DNA of 54,574 nucleotides from Microbacteriaceae bacterium (GTDB lineage: Bacteria > Actinomycetota > Actinomycetes > Actinomycetales > Microbacteriaceae). Each line of letters opens with the position of its first letter. Position 1 is the stretch's first letter. The translations under genes and the position numbers were made by a program. This document shows, in pieces, positions 1 through 9,208 of this stretch. The stretch lies in assembly GCA_022701925.1 (NCBI GenBank), contig JAKONM010000205.1, forward strand, positions 1 through 54,574, in the 5' to 3' direction. The notes beneath the pieces are model-generated. The model saw nothing but the letters and a program-made list of their open reading frames with translations, had not been told where the DNA came from and searched no databases.

Positions 1-229
1 GGCGCGAGCGGCGGACGCTCGGCTGCTCGGCCGCGCGCTCAGCCTGCTGATCGTCCTCGACGGCCGTCGCGACGGCTGCAGCGGCCGCCCGCTGCGACTC
101 GGCGGCGGCGAGCTCGTCCCGCAGCGCCGTGTACTCGGCGAGGTCCTCCGGCGACGCGTCCGGCCGGTAGAGGCGGCGCTGCAGCTCGGCGAGCCGCGCC
201 CGCCGCTCCGGCTCGTCCGCATCGACCAT
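1..229 (-). CDS. LYRP-motif family protein, copy 1 (partial, runs off window start)
   Basis: Manual translation from ATG at 229: MVDADEPERRARLAELQRRLYRPDASPEDLAEYTALRDEL..., open to position 1; same motif as seven other ORFs; absent from the ORF track. Confidence 0.8.
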   Translation of the reverse strand, partial: MVDADEPERRARLAELQRRLYRPDASPEDLAEYTALRDELAAAESQRAAAAAVATAVEDDQQAERAAEQPSVRRSR

Positions 230-301
230 GCGCTCAGCCTGCACCCGGCGGGCGAGCGGTCGGTGTCGTCCCGGGGAACGCGGGGCGGCGGAGCCGCCTG
301 T

Positions 302-1276
302 TCACCCTCGGGAGGCGCCGAGCCGACCCGGGGTCCGTCGCCCGCGCCGGAGCACGACGCTCACGCCCGCGGCGAGCGCGGCGACCAGGACGGCAGCCGC
401 CCCGAGCGTCACCGCGTCCGGCCGCATCAGGGCCTGCCCGCGCTCGGCCTGCCACCACAGCAGCACGACCAGCAGCGCCGCTCCGGTGCCCGCCACCCGC
501 ATCAGGGCGCGGCGGGTGCGCTCGCCGAGCCCGGTGCGGCGCTGCAGCAGCCAGGCCAGCAGCGGCAGCGCCTGCAAGGCGTGCAGACCGGCGAAGTGGG
601 CGATGCGCAGGTCGCCGTCGGTGAGGCTCCAGCCCGTCAGCGCCATTCCAGGACCGCCGTCGGGGCCTCCGACCGTGTGCCCGCCCATCGCCGTCGGGCT
701 GAAGCCGTTGACCAGCATCGACACCGCCTCCAGCATCCCGAGCGCGCTGACCGCCAGGCCCCAGCGGATGCCGGCCGCGACCCCGGCGTCGAGGCCACGG
801 GTGCGGAGCGCCAGCACCATCACCCAGACGGTGGCGACGAGCAGCAGCGAGACGACGCCTCCGGCCGCCTGGAAGGCGACCGCGTCCAGCGGCGTAGCGG
901 TGTTGAAGTGGCTGGTCGTGCCTCGGAGCACCTGGCCGTCGACCCACAGCGTCTCGAGGCCGAACGCGACCACGACGACGACGCTGAGCCGCGTCAGCAG
1001 GCGGCGGTGACCGTGCACCGAGGCGAGGATCCAGCGCAGCGCGACCAGGTACAGCGTGATCGAGACGCCGAACTCCGCCGGCTTCACCCATGCGGCCTCC
1101 CCGCCGATCTGCCGGGGGTCGACGGCCAGCCCCACCAGCGCCACCAGCAGCGACGCCACGGCGAGCAGAGCGCCGATCAGCAGGATGCGCCGGGCGGGGT
1201 CGGCGGCCCGCTCGTCGGGCACCGGCGCGGGAAGGCGGTCGACGCGCTGCTGCAGGCGTGCGGTGACGGAGGTCAT
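302..1276 (-). CDS. Multi-pass membrane protein of unknown function
   Basis: About 7 hydrophobic segments; WVKPAEF and GDLRIAHFAGLHALQ motifs typical of a conserved hypothetical family; divergent from the two-component system. Confidence 0.8.
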   Translation of the reverse strand: MTSVTARLQQRVDRLPAPVPDERAADPARRILLIGALLAVASLLVALVGLAVDPRQIGGEAAWVKPAEFGVSITLYLVALRWILASVHGHRRLLTRLSVVVVVAFGLETLWVDGQVLRGTTSHFNTATPLDAVAFQAAGGVVSLLLVATVWVMVLALRTRGLDAGVAAGIRWGLAVSALGMLEAVSMLVNGFSPTAMGGHTVGGPDGGPGMALTGWSLTDGDLRIAHFAGLHALQALPLLAWLLQRRTGLGERTRRALMRVAGTGAALLVVLLWWQAERGQALMRPDAVTLGAAAVLVAALAAGVSVVLRRGRRTPGRLGASRG

Positions 1277-1418
1277 GCGGCCAGCCTGCGGACACCGCGG
1301 CGCGGGGCGCATCGTCCCGGAGGCCGCCTCCTCCTCGTCCTCGCGGACGCCCGCACCGCTTCGACGGCCGATGCAGTCGGCCTCCTGCTGCGGATACCGT
1401 GCGGGTCAGGAGGTCCTC

Positions 1419-2543
1419 ATGCGCGCTCAGCACGACCCGGCGGCGCTCGAGCCGAGCTGGCTGGTGCCCGTGGGCATCGCCGCCGCCGCGGCCGCCGTGA
1501 TCGCGGGCGGGAGGCCGGCGGTGCTGGCGCTGCTCGCCGTCGCCCTCGTGCCGTGGGTGCTCGGCGTCATCGGGCGCCGGATGCCGGGCGTGCTCTTCGG
1601 GCTGATCGCGGTGCTGCCGGTCGTCGGGCTGCTGGTGCTGGACGACGTCGGCGCGGGCATGTTCCTGGCGACGACCGCGCTGGCCCACCTGGCGAGCCGG
1701 TCGACCACGCGACGGCACGTCGCACTGCTCGCCGGGGTGGGGGTGCTCCTGCCGTCCACCGCGCTCGTGGGCGGGCACGCCTTCAACCCGGGCGAGGTCT
1801 ACTTCGCGATCGGGAACGTGTTCAGCGTGATGCTCGGGCTGCTGCTCGGCCGCACCCGCCGCCTGGGCGTCGAGCTGCGCGCCGCCGACGCCCGGCTCGT
1901 CGCCGCCGAGGCGCAGGAGGAGCGCACCCGACTGGCGCGGGACGTGCACGACCTGGTCGCGCACTCGCTGACGGTCGTCGTGCTGCAGGTCGGCGGCGCC
2001 CGCCGCGTGCTGCGCGCCGATCCGGCGACGGCGGAGGCGGCGCTCGAGCAGGCGGAGCGCGTGTGCCGCGAGAGCCTGGACGGCGTGCGGCAGGTGGTCG
2101 GCCTGCTGCGCACCGACGACGGGGCGGGCGCCTCCCTCGACCTGACGCGGCTGGTGCAGACCTACCGTGCCGCGACCGTCGACGTGCGGCTGCACGCCGA
2201 CGGAGACTTCGAGGACCTGCCGCTGCTGGTGCGCGGCACGCTGTACCGCGTGGTGCAGGAGGCGCTGGCGAACGCCGCCCGGTACCGCTCGGCCGGCTCG
2301 CCGGTCGAGGTCCGGGTCGCGGTCGACCCCGCCGGTGTCGCGGCGAGGGTGGCGAACGCGGGAGCAGCGGCGCCGCCGGCTCCCGGAGCGGGCGGGTTCG
2401 GGCTGGCCGGGCTGCGTGAGCAGGTCGAGGCGATCGGCGGCACGCTGACCTCCGGCCCGTCCACGAGCGGGACGGGGGAGTGGGCGGTCGAGTGCCGCCT
2501 GCCGCGGGACGCGTCCGCGGTGCAGCCCGTGGTCCCCGCGTGA
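1419..2543 (+). CDS. Membrane sensor histidine kinase (HisKA_3 type)
   Basis: ERTRLARDVHDLVAHSL H-box, QEALANA N-box, GFGLAG G-box; N-terminal TM helices; AGGAGG before ATG 1419. Confidence 0.93.
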   Translation: MRAQHDPAALEPSWLVPVGIAAAAAAVIAGGRPAVLALLAVALVPWVLGVIGRRMPGVLFGLIAVLPVVGLLVLDDVGAGMFLATTALAHLASRSTTRRHVALLAGVGVLLPSTALVGGHAFNPGEVYFAIGNVFSVMLGLLLGRTRRLGVELRAADARLVAAEAQEERTRLARDVHDLVAHSLTVVVLQVGGARRVLRADPATAEAALEQAERVCRESLDGVRQVVGLLRTDDGAGASLDLTRLVQTYRAATVDVRLHADGDFEDLPLLVRGTLYRVVQEALANAARYRSAGSPVEVRVAVDPAGVAARVANAGAAAPPAPGAGGFGLAGLREQVEAIGGTLTSGPSTSGTGEWAVECRLPRDASAVQPVVPA

Positions 2544-3193
2544 GCGCGCTGCGCGTCGTGCTCGCCGACGATCAGGCCATGATCCGGTCGGGGCTGGCGC
2601 TGGTGCTCTCGGCGGAGCCGGACCTGCAGGTGCTCGACGAGGTCGCGGACGGGCGGGCCCTGCTGCGCTCGGTCGAGCGACTGCGACCCGACCTGGTGCT
2701 GACCGACGTGCGGATGCCGGTGATGGACGGCGTGGAGGCGACCCGGATGCTGCGGGCCGCCGACGGTCCGCCGGTGCTCGCGCTGACGACCTTCGACGAC
2801 GACGAGGTGCTGTGGCCGGTGCTGGCCGCCGGGGCTGCGGGATTCGTGCTGAAGGACAGCCCGGCGGAGTCGCTGGTGGAGGCGGTGCGAGCGGTCGCCG
2901 GCGGCGGCTCCTGGCTCGACCCGCGCGTGCTGCCGCGGGTGATCGCGCGGGCCGCCGCTCAGCCGATCGCTCCGCCCGACGCCGCCCGCGCGCTCGCCTC
3001 CCTGACCCCGCGCGAGCGGCAGGTGCTCGACCTCGTCTGCGCCGGCGCGAGCAACGTCGAGATCGCGGCCGCCCTGCGCACCGCCGAGCGCACCGTCAAG
3101 ACGCAGGTGTCGGCGATCCTGCTGAAGCTGGGCGCCCGCGACCGCGCCGGTGCGATCGTCGCCGCGCACGAGGCGGGCTGGCGGCGCGGCTGA
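2540..3193 (+). CDS. NarL/LuxR-family response regulator
   Basis: VVLADD, DVRMP, LTPREREV-like HTH; GTGA overlap with kinase stop. Confidence 0.95.
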   Translation: MSALRVVLADDQAMIRSGLALVLSAEPDLQVLDEVADGRALLRSVERLRPDLVLTDVRMPVMDGVEATRMLRAADGPPVLALTTFDDDEVLWPVLAAGAAGFVLKDSPAESLVEAVRAVAGGGSWLDPRVLPRVIARAAAQPIAPPDAARALASLTPRERQVLDLVCAGASNVEIAAALRTAERTVKTQVSAILLKLGARDRAGAIVAAHEAGWRRG

Positions 3194-3296
3194 GCGGGAG
3201 CGTCATCGCGCTCCGGGTCGACCGCAGAGCGCATCCCCTGGTCGGCAGCGGATCCTGCACCTTCTGCGCGGACACGGAACCTGCTTGAGTGTGCCG

Positions 3297-3620
3297 ATGG
3301 CCGCCCTGCTCGAGACGATCGCGGTGCTGGCCCTGGTCGTGCTCGTGGGGGCGGTGATGCTGGCCGTGCTGCCGCGCGCCCGTCCCGGCGCCGACTCTGA
3401 GGCGGTCGACCGCAGCCCGGCCGCCGTCTCCGACCGGCACAAGCACCGCTGGACGCGCTGGCAGATCCTCGACGAGCGGCGCATCCACCTCTACGGCGAG
3501 GTCGACGAGGGTCGCTGGCTGCCGGACCGGATCGACGTCGTCATGCGCCGTGAGTGCGCCCGCTGCGGCTACCCGCAGACCCAGACCGTCCGCGGTCTCG
3601 ACGCGGACCGCCGCGCCTGA
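3297..3620 (+). CDS. Small membrane-anchored protein with HxH...CxxC motif
   Basis: N-terminal TM (IAVLALVVLVGAVMLAVL), then HKHRW...RRECARCGYPQ; good codon bias; ends 16 bp before SPFH gene. Confidence 0.7.
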   Translation: MAALLETIAVLALVVLVGAVMLAVLPRARPGADSEAVDRSPAAVSDRHKHRWTRWQILDERRIHLYGEVDEGRWLPDRIDVVMRRECARCGYPQTQTVRGLDADRRA

Positions 3621-3636
3621 CCTCAGAAAGGCACCC

Positions 3637-4557
3637 GTGTCCCTCCTCGTCCTCGGACTCCTCCTGCTCGCCGTCGCCGTCGCCGGTCTGGTCGTGGGCC
3701 GGCGCCGCCCCAAGTCCCGCGCCATCGGCCTGATCACCGCCGTCGCGGGCGGCGTGCTCGGGGTCGTCGCGATCCTGTCGCAGACCTTCTACACGCAGGA
3801 CTCCGGCGAGGCGTCGGTGCTGGTCGACGTCTCCGGCGTCATCGCCGGCCAGGAGACCTCGCCCGGCTTCCACGGCAAGGCTCCGTGGCAGGACGTCAAG
3901 ACGTTCAACATCCGCAACCAGACGGTGAGCTTCGTCGGCAAGGGCGACACCGACTACTCCGGGGGCTCGGCCGCCGGGCCGCAGGTCACCGCGCAGGACG
4001 CGGACGGCGTCAGCAACGACATCGACGTGAACATCGTCTACTCGATCGCCCCGGAGAAGGTCACCGACATCTACCGCCAGTACCGCGACGAGCAGAACTT
4101 CGTGCAGCAGTTCGTCGTGCAGCAGGTGCGGTCGCAGACCCGCAACGTGCCCAACCAGTTCTCGACCCTCGACCTGCTGACCAAGCGCACCGAGGTGTCC
4201 AGCGCGCTGCGCACCGCGCTCGAGTCCGCGTGGGAGGGCACCGGGGTGCAGGTCGACCAGGTGAACCTGCAGGAGATCCGCCCGCCGCAGGCCGTGCGCG
4301 ACTCCTACTCCGCCGCGCAGCAGGCCCAGGTGCAGGTCGCGGCGGAGCAGTCGAAGCTGGACGCGGCGAAGATCAGCGCGCAGCAGCAGGTGGTCCAGGC
4401 CGAGGCGCAGGCGAAGGCCAACGAGGTGCTCGCGAAGTCGCTGAGCGAGCCCGTGCTGCAGAGCCGCTACATCGACGCCCTCAAGTCGATCGGCGACAAG
4501 GGCAACCTGGTCGTCGTCCCGCAGGGGTCCACCCCGCTGGTGCAGGTGCAGAAGTAG
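3637..4557 (+). CDS. SPFH/Band 7/prohibitin-family membrane protein
   Basis: Two N-terminal TMs, PGFHGKAPW, Ala/Gln-rich coiled coil, EAQAKANEVLAKSL; AGAAAGG RBS before GTG. Confidence 0.9.
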   Translation: MSLLVLGLLLLAVAVAGLVVGRRRPKSRAIGLITAVAGGVLGVVAILSQTFYTQDSGEASVLVDVSGVIAGQETSPGFHGKAPWQDVKTFNIRNQTVSFVGKGDTDYSGGSAAGPQVTAQDADGVSNDIDVNIVYSIAPEKVTDIYRQYRDEQNFVQQFVVQQVRSQTRNVPNQFSTLDLLTKRTEVSSALRTALESAWEGTGVQVDQVNLQEIRPPQAVRDSYSAAQQAQVQVAAEQSKLDAAKISAQQQVVQAEAQAKANEVLAKSLSEPVLQSRYIDALKSIGDKGNLVVVPQGSTPLVQVQK

Positions 4558-4586
4558 ATCGCGCCCGGCCTGCGATCGGTCGTCGT

Positions 4587-4943
4587 CTAGACCGTGAAGC
4601 CGGGCACCGCGGCGACCGCCAGCGCTGCGCCGCCGAACCACACGGCGACGGCCGCGGCCAGCCCGACCAGCGGCACCCAGAAGGCGAGGCGGCGCCGCAC
4701 GAGCCGTCGCACGAGCACGATGATCGCGATCACGGCCACCACCGCGGGGCCGGCCGCGGCGACGACGACCCCGGCGGTCAGCTGCCCGGTGCTGCACTGC
4801 ACGGAGGCGCCGCAGGAGTCGCCGACCAGCGCCAGCAGCAGGCCGAGCAGCGCCCCGACCGCGGCCGCTGCGAGCAGCAGCAGGCCCAGCACGACGGTCA
4901 GCACCAGGTCCCAGACGCCGCGGCCCTCGTGCACGGTCGTCAC
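4587..4943 (-). CDS. Small 3-TM membrane protein (DUF6264-like)
   Basis: DxC...C loop between TMs, RRRLAFWVPLVG; start could be GTG 4934. Confidence 0.7.
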   Translation of the reverse strand: MTTVHEGRGVWDLVLTVVLGLLLLAAAAVGALLGLLLALVGDSCGASVQCSTGQLTAGVVVAAAGPAVVAVIAIIVLVRRLVRRRLAFWVPLVGLAAAVAVWFGGAALAVAAVPGFTV

Positions 4944-4964
4944 CGTAGCGGGGCCGCCGCGCGC

Positions 4965-5693
4965 CTACTGGTCGGAGCGCCCGCGGGGCAGGAAGGCCAC
5001 CGTCAGCGTCCACCGGCTGCCGGTGGGCGCCTTGACGGCCAGCCGCGAGGGCGGGGAGCCGTCGTAGACGAGGACGCTGTAGGCGGGCTCGACCGCGGTG
5101 CCGTCGGCGTCACCGCTCGCGACCACCTCCGCCCAGCCCGCGTGCCCCGGCTGGCGCGCCGGCCGGGTGGCGTACCAGTGCACCCGCCCCGCAGCGGGCG
5201 ACGACATCATCACCAGCAGCGTGCCGTTCTGCCGCTGCGCGGTGGAGGTGTCGATCGCCAGCGCCGTGGGGCCGCGGCCGTGGAACCGCTGCAGCCGCGT
5301 GTCGACCCCCGCCAGCGAGGTCGCGATCGGGGTCGGCCGCGGGGCGTCCGGCCGGGGTACGACCAGGGCCGCGCGCACCTCCGTGCCGGTGACGTCAGCG
5401 GGGCGGACGGTCTCGGCGACCTCCGGAGCCGGTGCCTCGCCCCTGCCGAGCAGCAGCGCGGCGACGCACGCTGCGGCGACGCCTGCGAGCAGCGCGGCCG
5501 CCGGCCAGCGGGGCCGACGGGGGAGGGTCGGCGGCGGGTCCTGCGGCTGCTGCTCGACGACGGGGGCGAGCGCCGCGTACCGCCGGCGGTCCTCGTCCGT
5601 CGCGCCGGGCCGGTACAGGCTGCGGCGCAGGGCCTCGCGCTCGGCGGGGTCGGCACCCGTCGTCTCCCGGTCGGCCACGGGCTCACTCTGCAC
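4965..5693 (-). CDS. LYRP-motif family single-pass membrane protein, copy 2
   Basis: LRRSLYRPGATDEDRRRY, one TM, FHGRGP, C-terminal LAVKAPTGSRWTLTVAF. Confidence 0.85.
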   Translation of the reverse strand: MQSEPVADRETTGADPAEREALRRSLYRPGATDEDRRRYAALAPVVEQQPQDPPPTLPRRPRWPAAALLAGVAAACVAALLLGRGEAPAPEVAETVRPADVTGTEVRAALVVPRPDAPRPTPIATSLAGVDTRLQRFHGRGPTALAIDTSTAQRQNGTLLVMMSSPAAGRVHWYATRPARQPGHAGWAEVVASGDADGTAVEPAYSVLVYDGSPPSRLAVKAPTGSRWTLTVAFLPRGRSDQ

Positions 5694-5720
5694 CCGCTGC
5701 CGCGCGGCGTGTGCGCGGGT

Positions 5721-5918
5721 TCAGTCGGGGAGCACGTCCTCCGCCGGGAACGCCGGCAGCGGCTCGTCGTCCTGCTGCTTCGCGCGACCTGTGCTGGTGA
5801 GGGTGTGCTCCGCCTCCTCGGGCTCGCCGTGCTGCTCGGGCACCGGCGCATCGCTGCGCTCGTCCAGCGCGGTCTCCGGGTCCTCGGTGTGGGGCATGAA
5901 CGGCTCGGCCATCGACAT
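5721..5918 (-). CDS. Small acidic hypothetical protein (about 65 aa)
   Basis: MSMAEPFMPHTEDPETALDE...; high GC3, fills the gap between copies 2 and 3. Confidence 0.6.
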   Translation of the reverse strand: MSMAEPFMPHTEDPETALDERSDAPVPEQHGEPEEAEHTLTSTGRAKQQDDEPLPAFPAEDVLPD

Positions 5919-5989
5919 GGAGGCAGCGTGGGGGCGCCACGTGAACAGGAGGTGGCAGCGGGCTGAGCCGCTGCTGGGGCGATGCGCCG

Positions 5990-6727
5990 TCAGCGGAGGG
6001 TCGGCTCGATGCCGTCGGTGACGGCGACCAGCAGCGACCAGGCGGATCCCGCGGGCGCCTCCACCGCGATCCGGCTGGGCGGGCCCGTCGGGTAGATGAA
6101 GGTGGTGGGGTCCGCCGTGCCCCGCGGCTCGCCGGTGCGACCGCGCGCGAGCACCGCCGGGTAGCTCCTGCCGTCGCCGCGCAGCACGATCAGCAGCGCT
6201 CGCCAGGCGACCGGCGCGGTGCCGCTCGTGCTCAGCGCGACCTTCATCCGGCCGCCGTCGATCGCACCCGTCGGCGGGTCGAACGCCACGACCGCGTTGC
6301 CGCGACCCTCGTAGCGGAGGCCGACGGCGGCGACCCCGTGCACGGAGGTCGCCGCCCGCACCGGCGCCGACACCGTCCCCTCCTCGACGGCGAGGGTCCG
6401 ACCCTCGCCGATGTCCCGGACGTCGGCGGCAGGCGCCGGCGACGACGCGGTGACCGCCGGGGCGCCCCGGTCGGTGCTGATCAGCGCCGCGACCGCGGCG
6501 AGCGCCGCTGCTCCGGCCATCACGCCCAGGAGGGCGCGGCGCCGCACCCCGGACATGGTCGCGAGCGGCTGCCCCGGCAGGTCCTCGGCCGGGGCGACCG
6601 GTTCGGGCTGCGCGGCGAGGTAGCGGCGCACGTCCTCCTCGGAGGCGTCCGCGCGGTAGAGGCGGTGGCGCAGGGCGTCGATCCGCACCGCGTCGTCGCC
6701 GGCAGACGGCTCGGGCTCGGTCCGCAC
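5990..6727 (-). CDS. LYRP-motif family single-pass membrane protein, copy 3
   Basis: LRHRLYRADASEEDVRRY, one TM, YEGRGN, C-terminal IAVEAPAGSAWSLLVAV. Confidence 0.85.
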   Translation of the reverse strand: MRTEPEPSAGDDAVRIDALRHRLYRADASEEDVRRYLAAQPEPVAPAEDLPGQPLATMSGVRRRALLGVMAGAAALAAVAALISTDRGAPAVTASSPAPAADVRDIGEGRTLAVEEGTVSAPVRAATSVHGVAAVGLRYEGRGNAVVAFDPPTGAIDGGRMKVALSTSGTAPVAWRALLIVLRGDGRSYPAVLARGRTGEPRGTADPTTFIYPTGPPSRIAVEAPAGSAWSLLVAVTDGIEPTLR

Positions 6728-6764
6728 GGCACCACCCTGCCCCTTCCCGGGCGCGACCGCTCGT

Positions 6765-6850
6765 CCCGCGGATCCGCAGATCCGCAGGCGACACCCCGTC
6801 AGCGGGAGCGGCTGCTGCGGCGCGTCGGACAGGAAATGCGGATCCGCGGG
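6765..6850. repeat. Nested-palindrome REP/REPIN-like element A
   Basis: Perfect 14-bp terminal inverted repeat CCCGCGGATCCGCA (6765-6778 / 6837-6850); degenerate inner CGACACCCC...GGCGCGTCG. Confidence 0.8.
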
Positions 6851-6857
6851 CGCCCCC

Positions 6858-7829
6858 TCAGGCGGCGGTGTACCAGTTGCGCTCCCAGCGGTGGCGGCGC
6901 AGCGTCGCCAGCTGCTCGGAGGAGAGCGGGCCGCGGTCGCTCGTCGCCGCGTTGCGCTCCACGTTGCGCACCGACCGCATCCCGGCGATCACGGTCGACA
7001 CCGCCGGCTGCGCCAGCGCGTAGCGCAGCGCCAGGTCCGGCAGCTCGTCGACGTCGATCCCCAGGTCCTGGACCAGCGCCTGCACGTGCCGGTCGAGCTG
7101 CGCCGCGCGGTCGCCGCCGAAGTACCCGGCGCGGAAGTCGCCCGGCTCGAACCGGGTGTCGGCGGTGACGCGCCCGGTCAGCCCGCCCTCGTCCAGCGCG
7201 ACGCGGACGATCACGCCCACGTCGTGCTGCTCGCAGGCTGGCAGCAGATGCTCCTCCGGCTGCTGGTGGAAGACGTTCTCGATCACCTGCACGGTGTCGA
7301 TCACCCCGGACCGCACCAGCTCGACGCCGTTCTCCGGCTGGTGGTCGTTGATGCTGACGCCGAAGAACCGGATCAGCCCCTCCTGCTTCAGCGCCTGCAC
7401 GGTCTCCAGCCAGTCGCCGCGGCCGACCCACTCGTCGCTCCAGACGTGGAACTGCAGCACGTCGAACGCCTCCAGCCCGCTGGCCCTGAGGCTCGTCTGC
7501 AGGCTCTCCCGGATGTGGTCGCCGGGGAACGCGTCCTCCACCCGCACGCCCGCGGCGGCGGGCCACTGGAGGTTCTTCGGCGGCACCTTGGTCGCGACGA
7601 CCAGCCCCTCGTCGGCGTGCCGGCGCACCACCCGGCCGACCAGCTCCTCGCTGCGGCCGTAGCCGCGCGCCGTGTCGATGAAGGTGCCGCCGACCTCGAT
7701 GAAGCGCTCCAGCGCCTGCAGCGACTCGTCGTCCTGCGCGCCGATCCATCCCTCGCCGCCGATGCCCCAGGCGCCGTAGCCGATGTCGGAGACCTGGAGG
7801 CCGGTGCGGCCCAGCTGTCGGTACTGCAC
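6858..7829 (-). CDS. Aldo/keto reductase
   Basis: LGRTGLQVSDIGYGAW, FIDTARGYG, VATK motifs; GAGGAG RBS before GTG. Confidence 0.95.
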   Translation of the reverse strand: MQYRQLGRTGLQVSDIGYGAWGIGGEGWIGAQDDESLQALERFIEVGGTFIDTARGYGRSEELVGRVVRRHADEGLVVATKVPPKNLQWPAAAGVRVEDAFPGDHIRESLQTSLRASGLEAFDVLQFHVWSDEWVGRGDWLETVQALKQEGLIRFFGVSINDHQPENGVELVRSGVIDTVQVIENVFHQQPEEHLLPACEQHDVGVIVRVALDEGGLTGRVTADTRFEPGDFRAGYFGGDRAAQLDRHVQALVQDLGIDVDELPDLALRYALAQPAVSTVIAGMRSVRNVERNAATSDRGPLSSEQLATLRRHRWERNWYTAA

Positions 7830-7994
7830 GGTGATGCTCCTCGTCGTCGAGCGGACCGGGGATCGACCCGCGGGCCGCACGCTACGGGCGGCTGCGGCAC
7901 GACGCCTGATGGGGTGCGTCGCGCTGCACCCGAGCGGCCCCGCAGGTCGACGCCTGCGCGCCTGCGGCAGGCTGAGCCCGTGGACGTGCTGCGG

Positions 7995-8381
7995 ATGAAG
8001 CTGGAGCTGGTGGTGATCCCGGTCGCCGACGTGGACCGGGCGAAGGCGTTCTACGTCGACGTGCTCGGGTTCGCGGGCGACGTCGACGTGCAGCCGATGC
8101 CCGGGGTGCGGGTCGTGCAGGTGACCGCGCCGGGCTCCGCGTGCTCCCTCGGGTTCGGTTCCGGGCTGCCCGTCTACGACGGGATCGCCGCTCCGCTACG
8201 GAACCTGCACCTGGTCGTCGCCGACCTGGACGCGGTGCGCGAGGAGCTGCTGCGCCGCGGCGTCGAGGTCGGCGCGATCAGCGACGTCGGCGGGGGAGTC
8301 CGCTACGCGGGCTTCTCCGACCCGGACGGCAACGGGCTGCTGCTGCAGGAGATGGCGTGGCGACGGGGCGACGCCTTCTGA
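7995..8381 (+). CDS. VOC/glyoxalase family protein
   Basis: MKLELVVIPVADVDRAKAFY...FSDPDGN; start may be GTG 7980. Confidence 0.92.
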   Translation: MKLELVVIPVADVDRAKAFYVDVLGFAGDVDVQPMPGVRVVQVTAPGSACSLGFGSGLPVYDGIAAPLRNLHLVVADLDAVREELLRRGVEVGAISDVGGGVRYAGFSDPDGNGLLLQEMAWRRGDAF

Positions 8382-8448
8382 GCGGTCATCTTCGGCTCGG
8401 GATCGCGGCCTAGCCTCGTCGCCTCACGAGCAAGAGGGTGCGTCAAGG

Positions 8449-9201
8449 ATGCCGAACAGGTTCGACAAGAAGGTCGCGATCGTCACGGGCGCGGGCAGCG
8501 GCATCGGAGCCGCGATCGCCCGCGGGCTGGCCGCCGAAGGCGCGGTCGTCGTGGGGGTCGACGTCGACGAGACGCGGCTGCACAACGTGGAGCGCCGCAT
8601 CGAGATCGCCGGCGGCCTGCTGGTGCCGGTGATCGCCGACGTCACCGACCCGGAGGCCGTGGAGCGCGTGGTCGCGACCGCGGTCGAGCGCCGCGGCGGG
8701 CTGCACCTGGCCGTGAACAACGCCGGTATCGGCGGCACCCACGGGCTGGTGCACGAGGTCGAGCTGGCGGACTGGCGGCGCGTGATCGAGGTGGACCTCA
8801 ACTCCGTGTTCTACGGGATGAAGTACCAGGGTGCCGCGATGCTCGAGTCGGGCGGCGGCGCGATCGTGAACGTCTCGAGCATGCTCGGCCTGGTCGGCGA
8901 CGCTGACGCGATCGCCTACTCCGCGGCGAAGCACGGGGTCGCGGGCCTCACGAAGGCGGCCGCTGCGGGCTACGCCGAGCACGGCATCCGTGTGAACTCG
9001 GTGCACCCCGGCTGGGTCGACACCGCGCTGCCGACGCACACGACCCGCGACGAGCGGGAGGTGCTGAAGCGGCGCAACCCGATGGGTCGCCTGGGCCTGC
9101 CGGAGGAGGCGGCGCAGGTCGTGCTGTTCCTGCTCTCTGACGACGCCTCGTTCGTCACCGGCGCGCAGTACAGCGTGGACGGCGGCTACACCGCGGTCTG
9201 A
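8449..9201 (+). CDS. SDR family oxidoreductase
   Basis: TGAGSGIG, NNAG, YSAAK. Confidence 0.95.
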   Translation: MPNRFDKKVAIVTGAGSGIGAAIARGLAAEGAVVVGVDVDETRLHNVERRIEIAGGLLVPVIADVTDPEAVERVVATAVERRGGLHLAVNNAGIGGTHGLVHEVELADWRRVIEVDLNSVFYGMKYQGAAMLESGGGAIVNVSSMLGLVGDADAIAYSAAKHGVAGLTKAAAAGYAEHGIRVNSVHPGWVDTALPTHTTRDEREVLKRRNPMGRLGLPEEAAQVVLFLLSDDASFVTGAQYSVDGGYTAV

Positions 9202-9208
9202 GCGCCGG

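Noticed and set aside
3297-4557. Prophage
   Set aside because: No integrase, structural or replication genes nearby; at most an isolated cassette.
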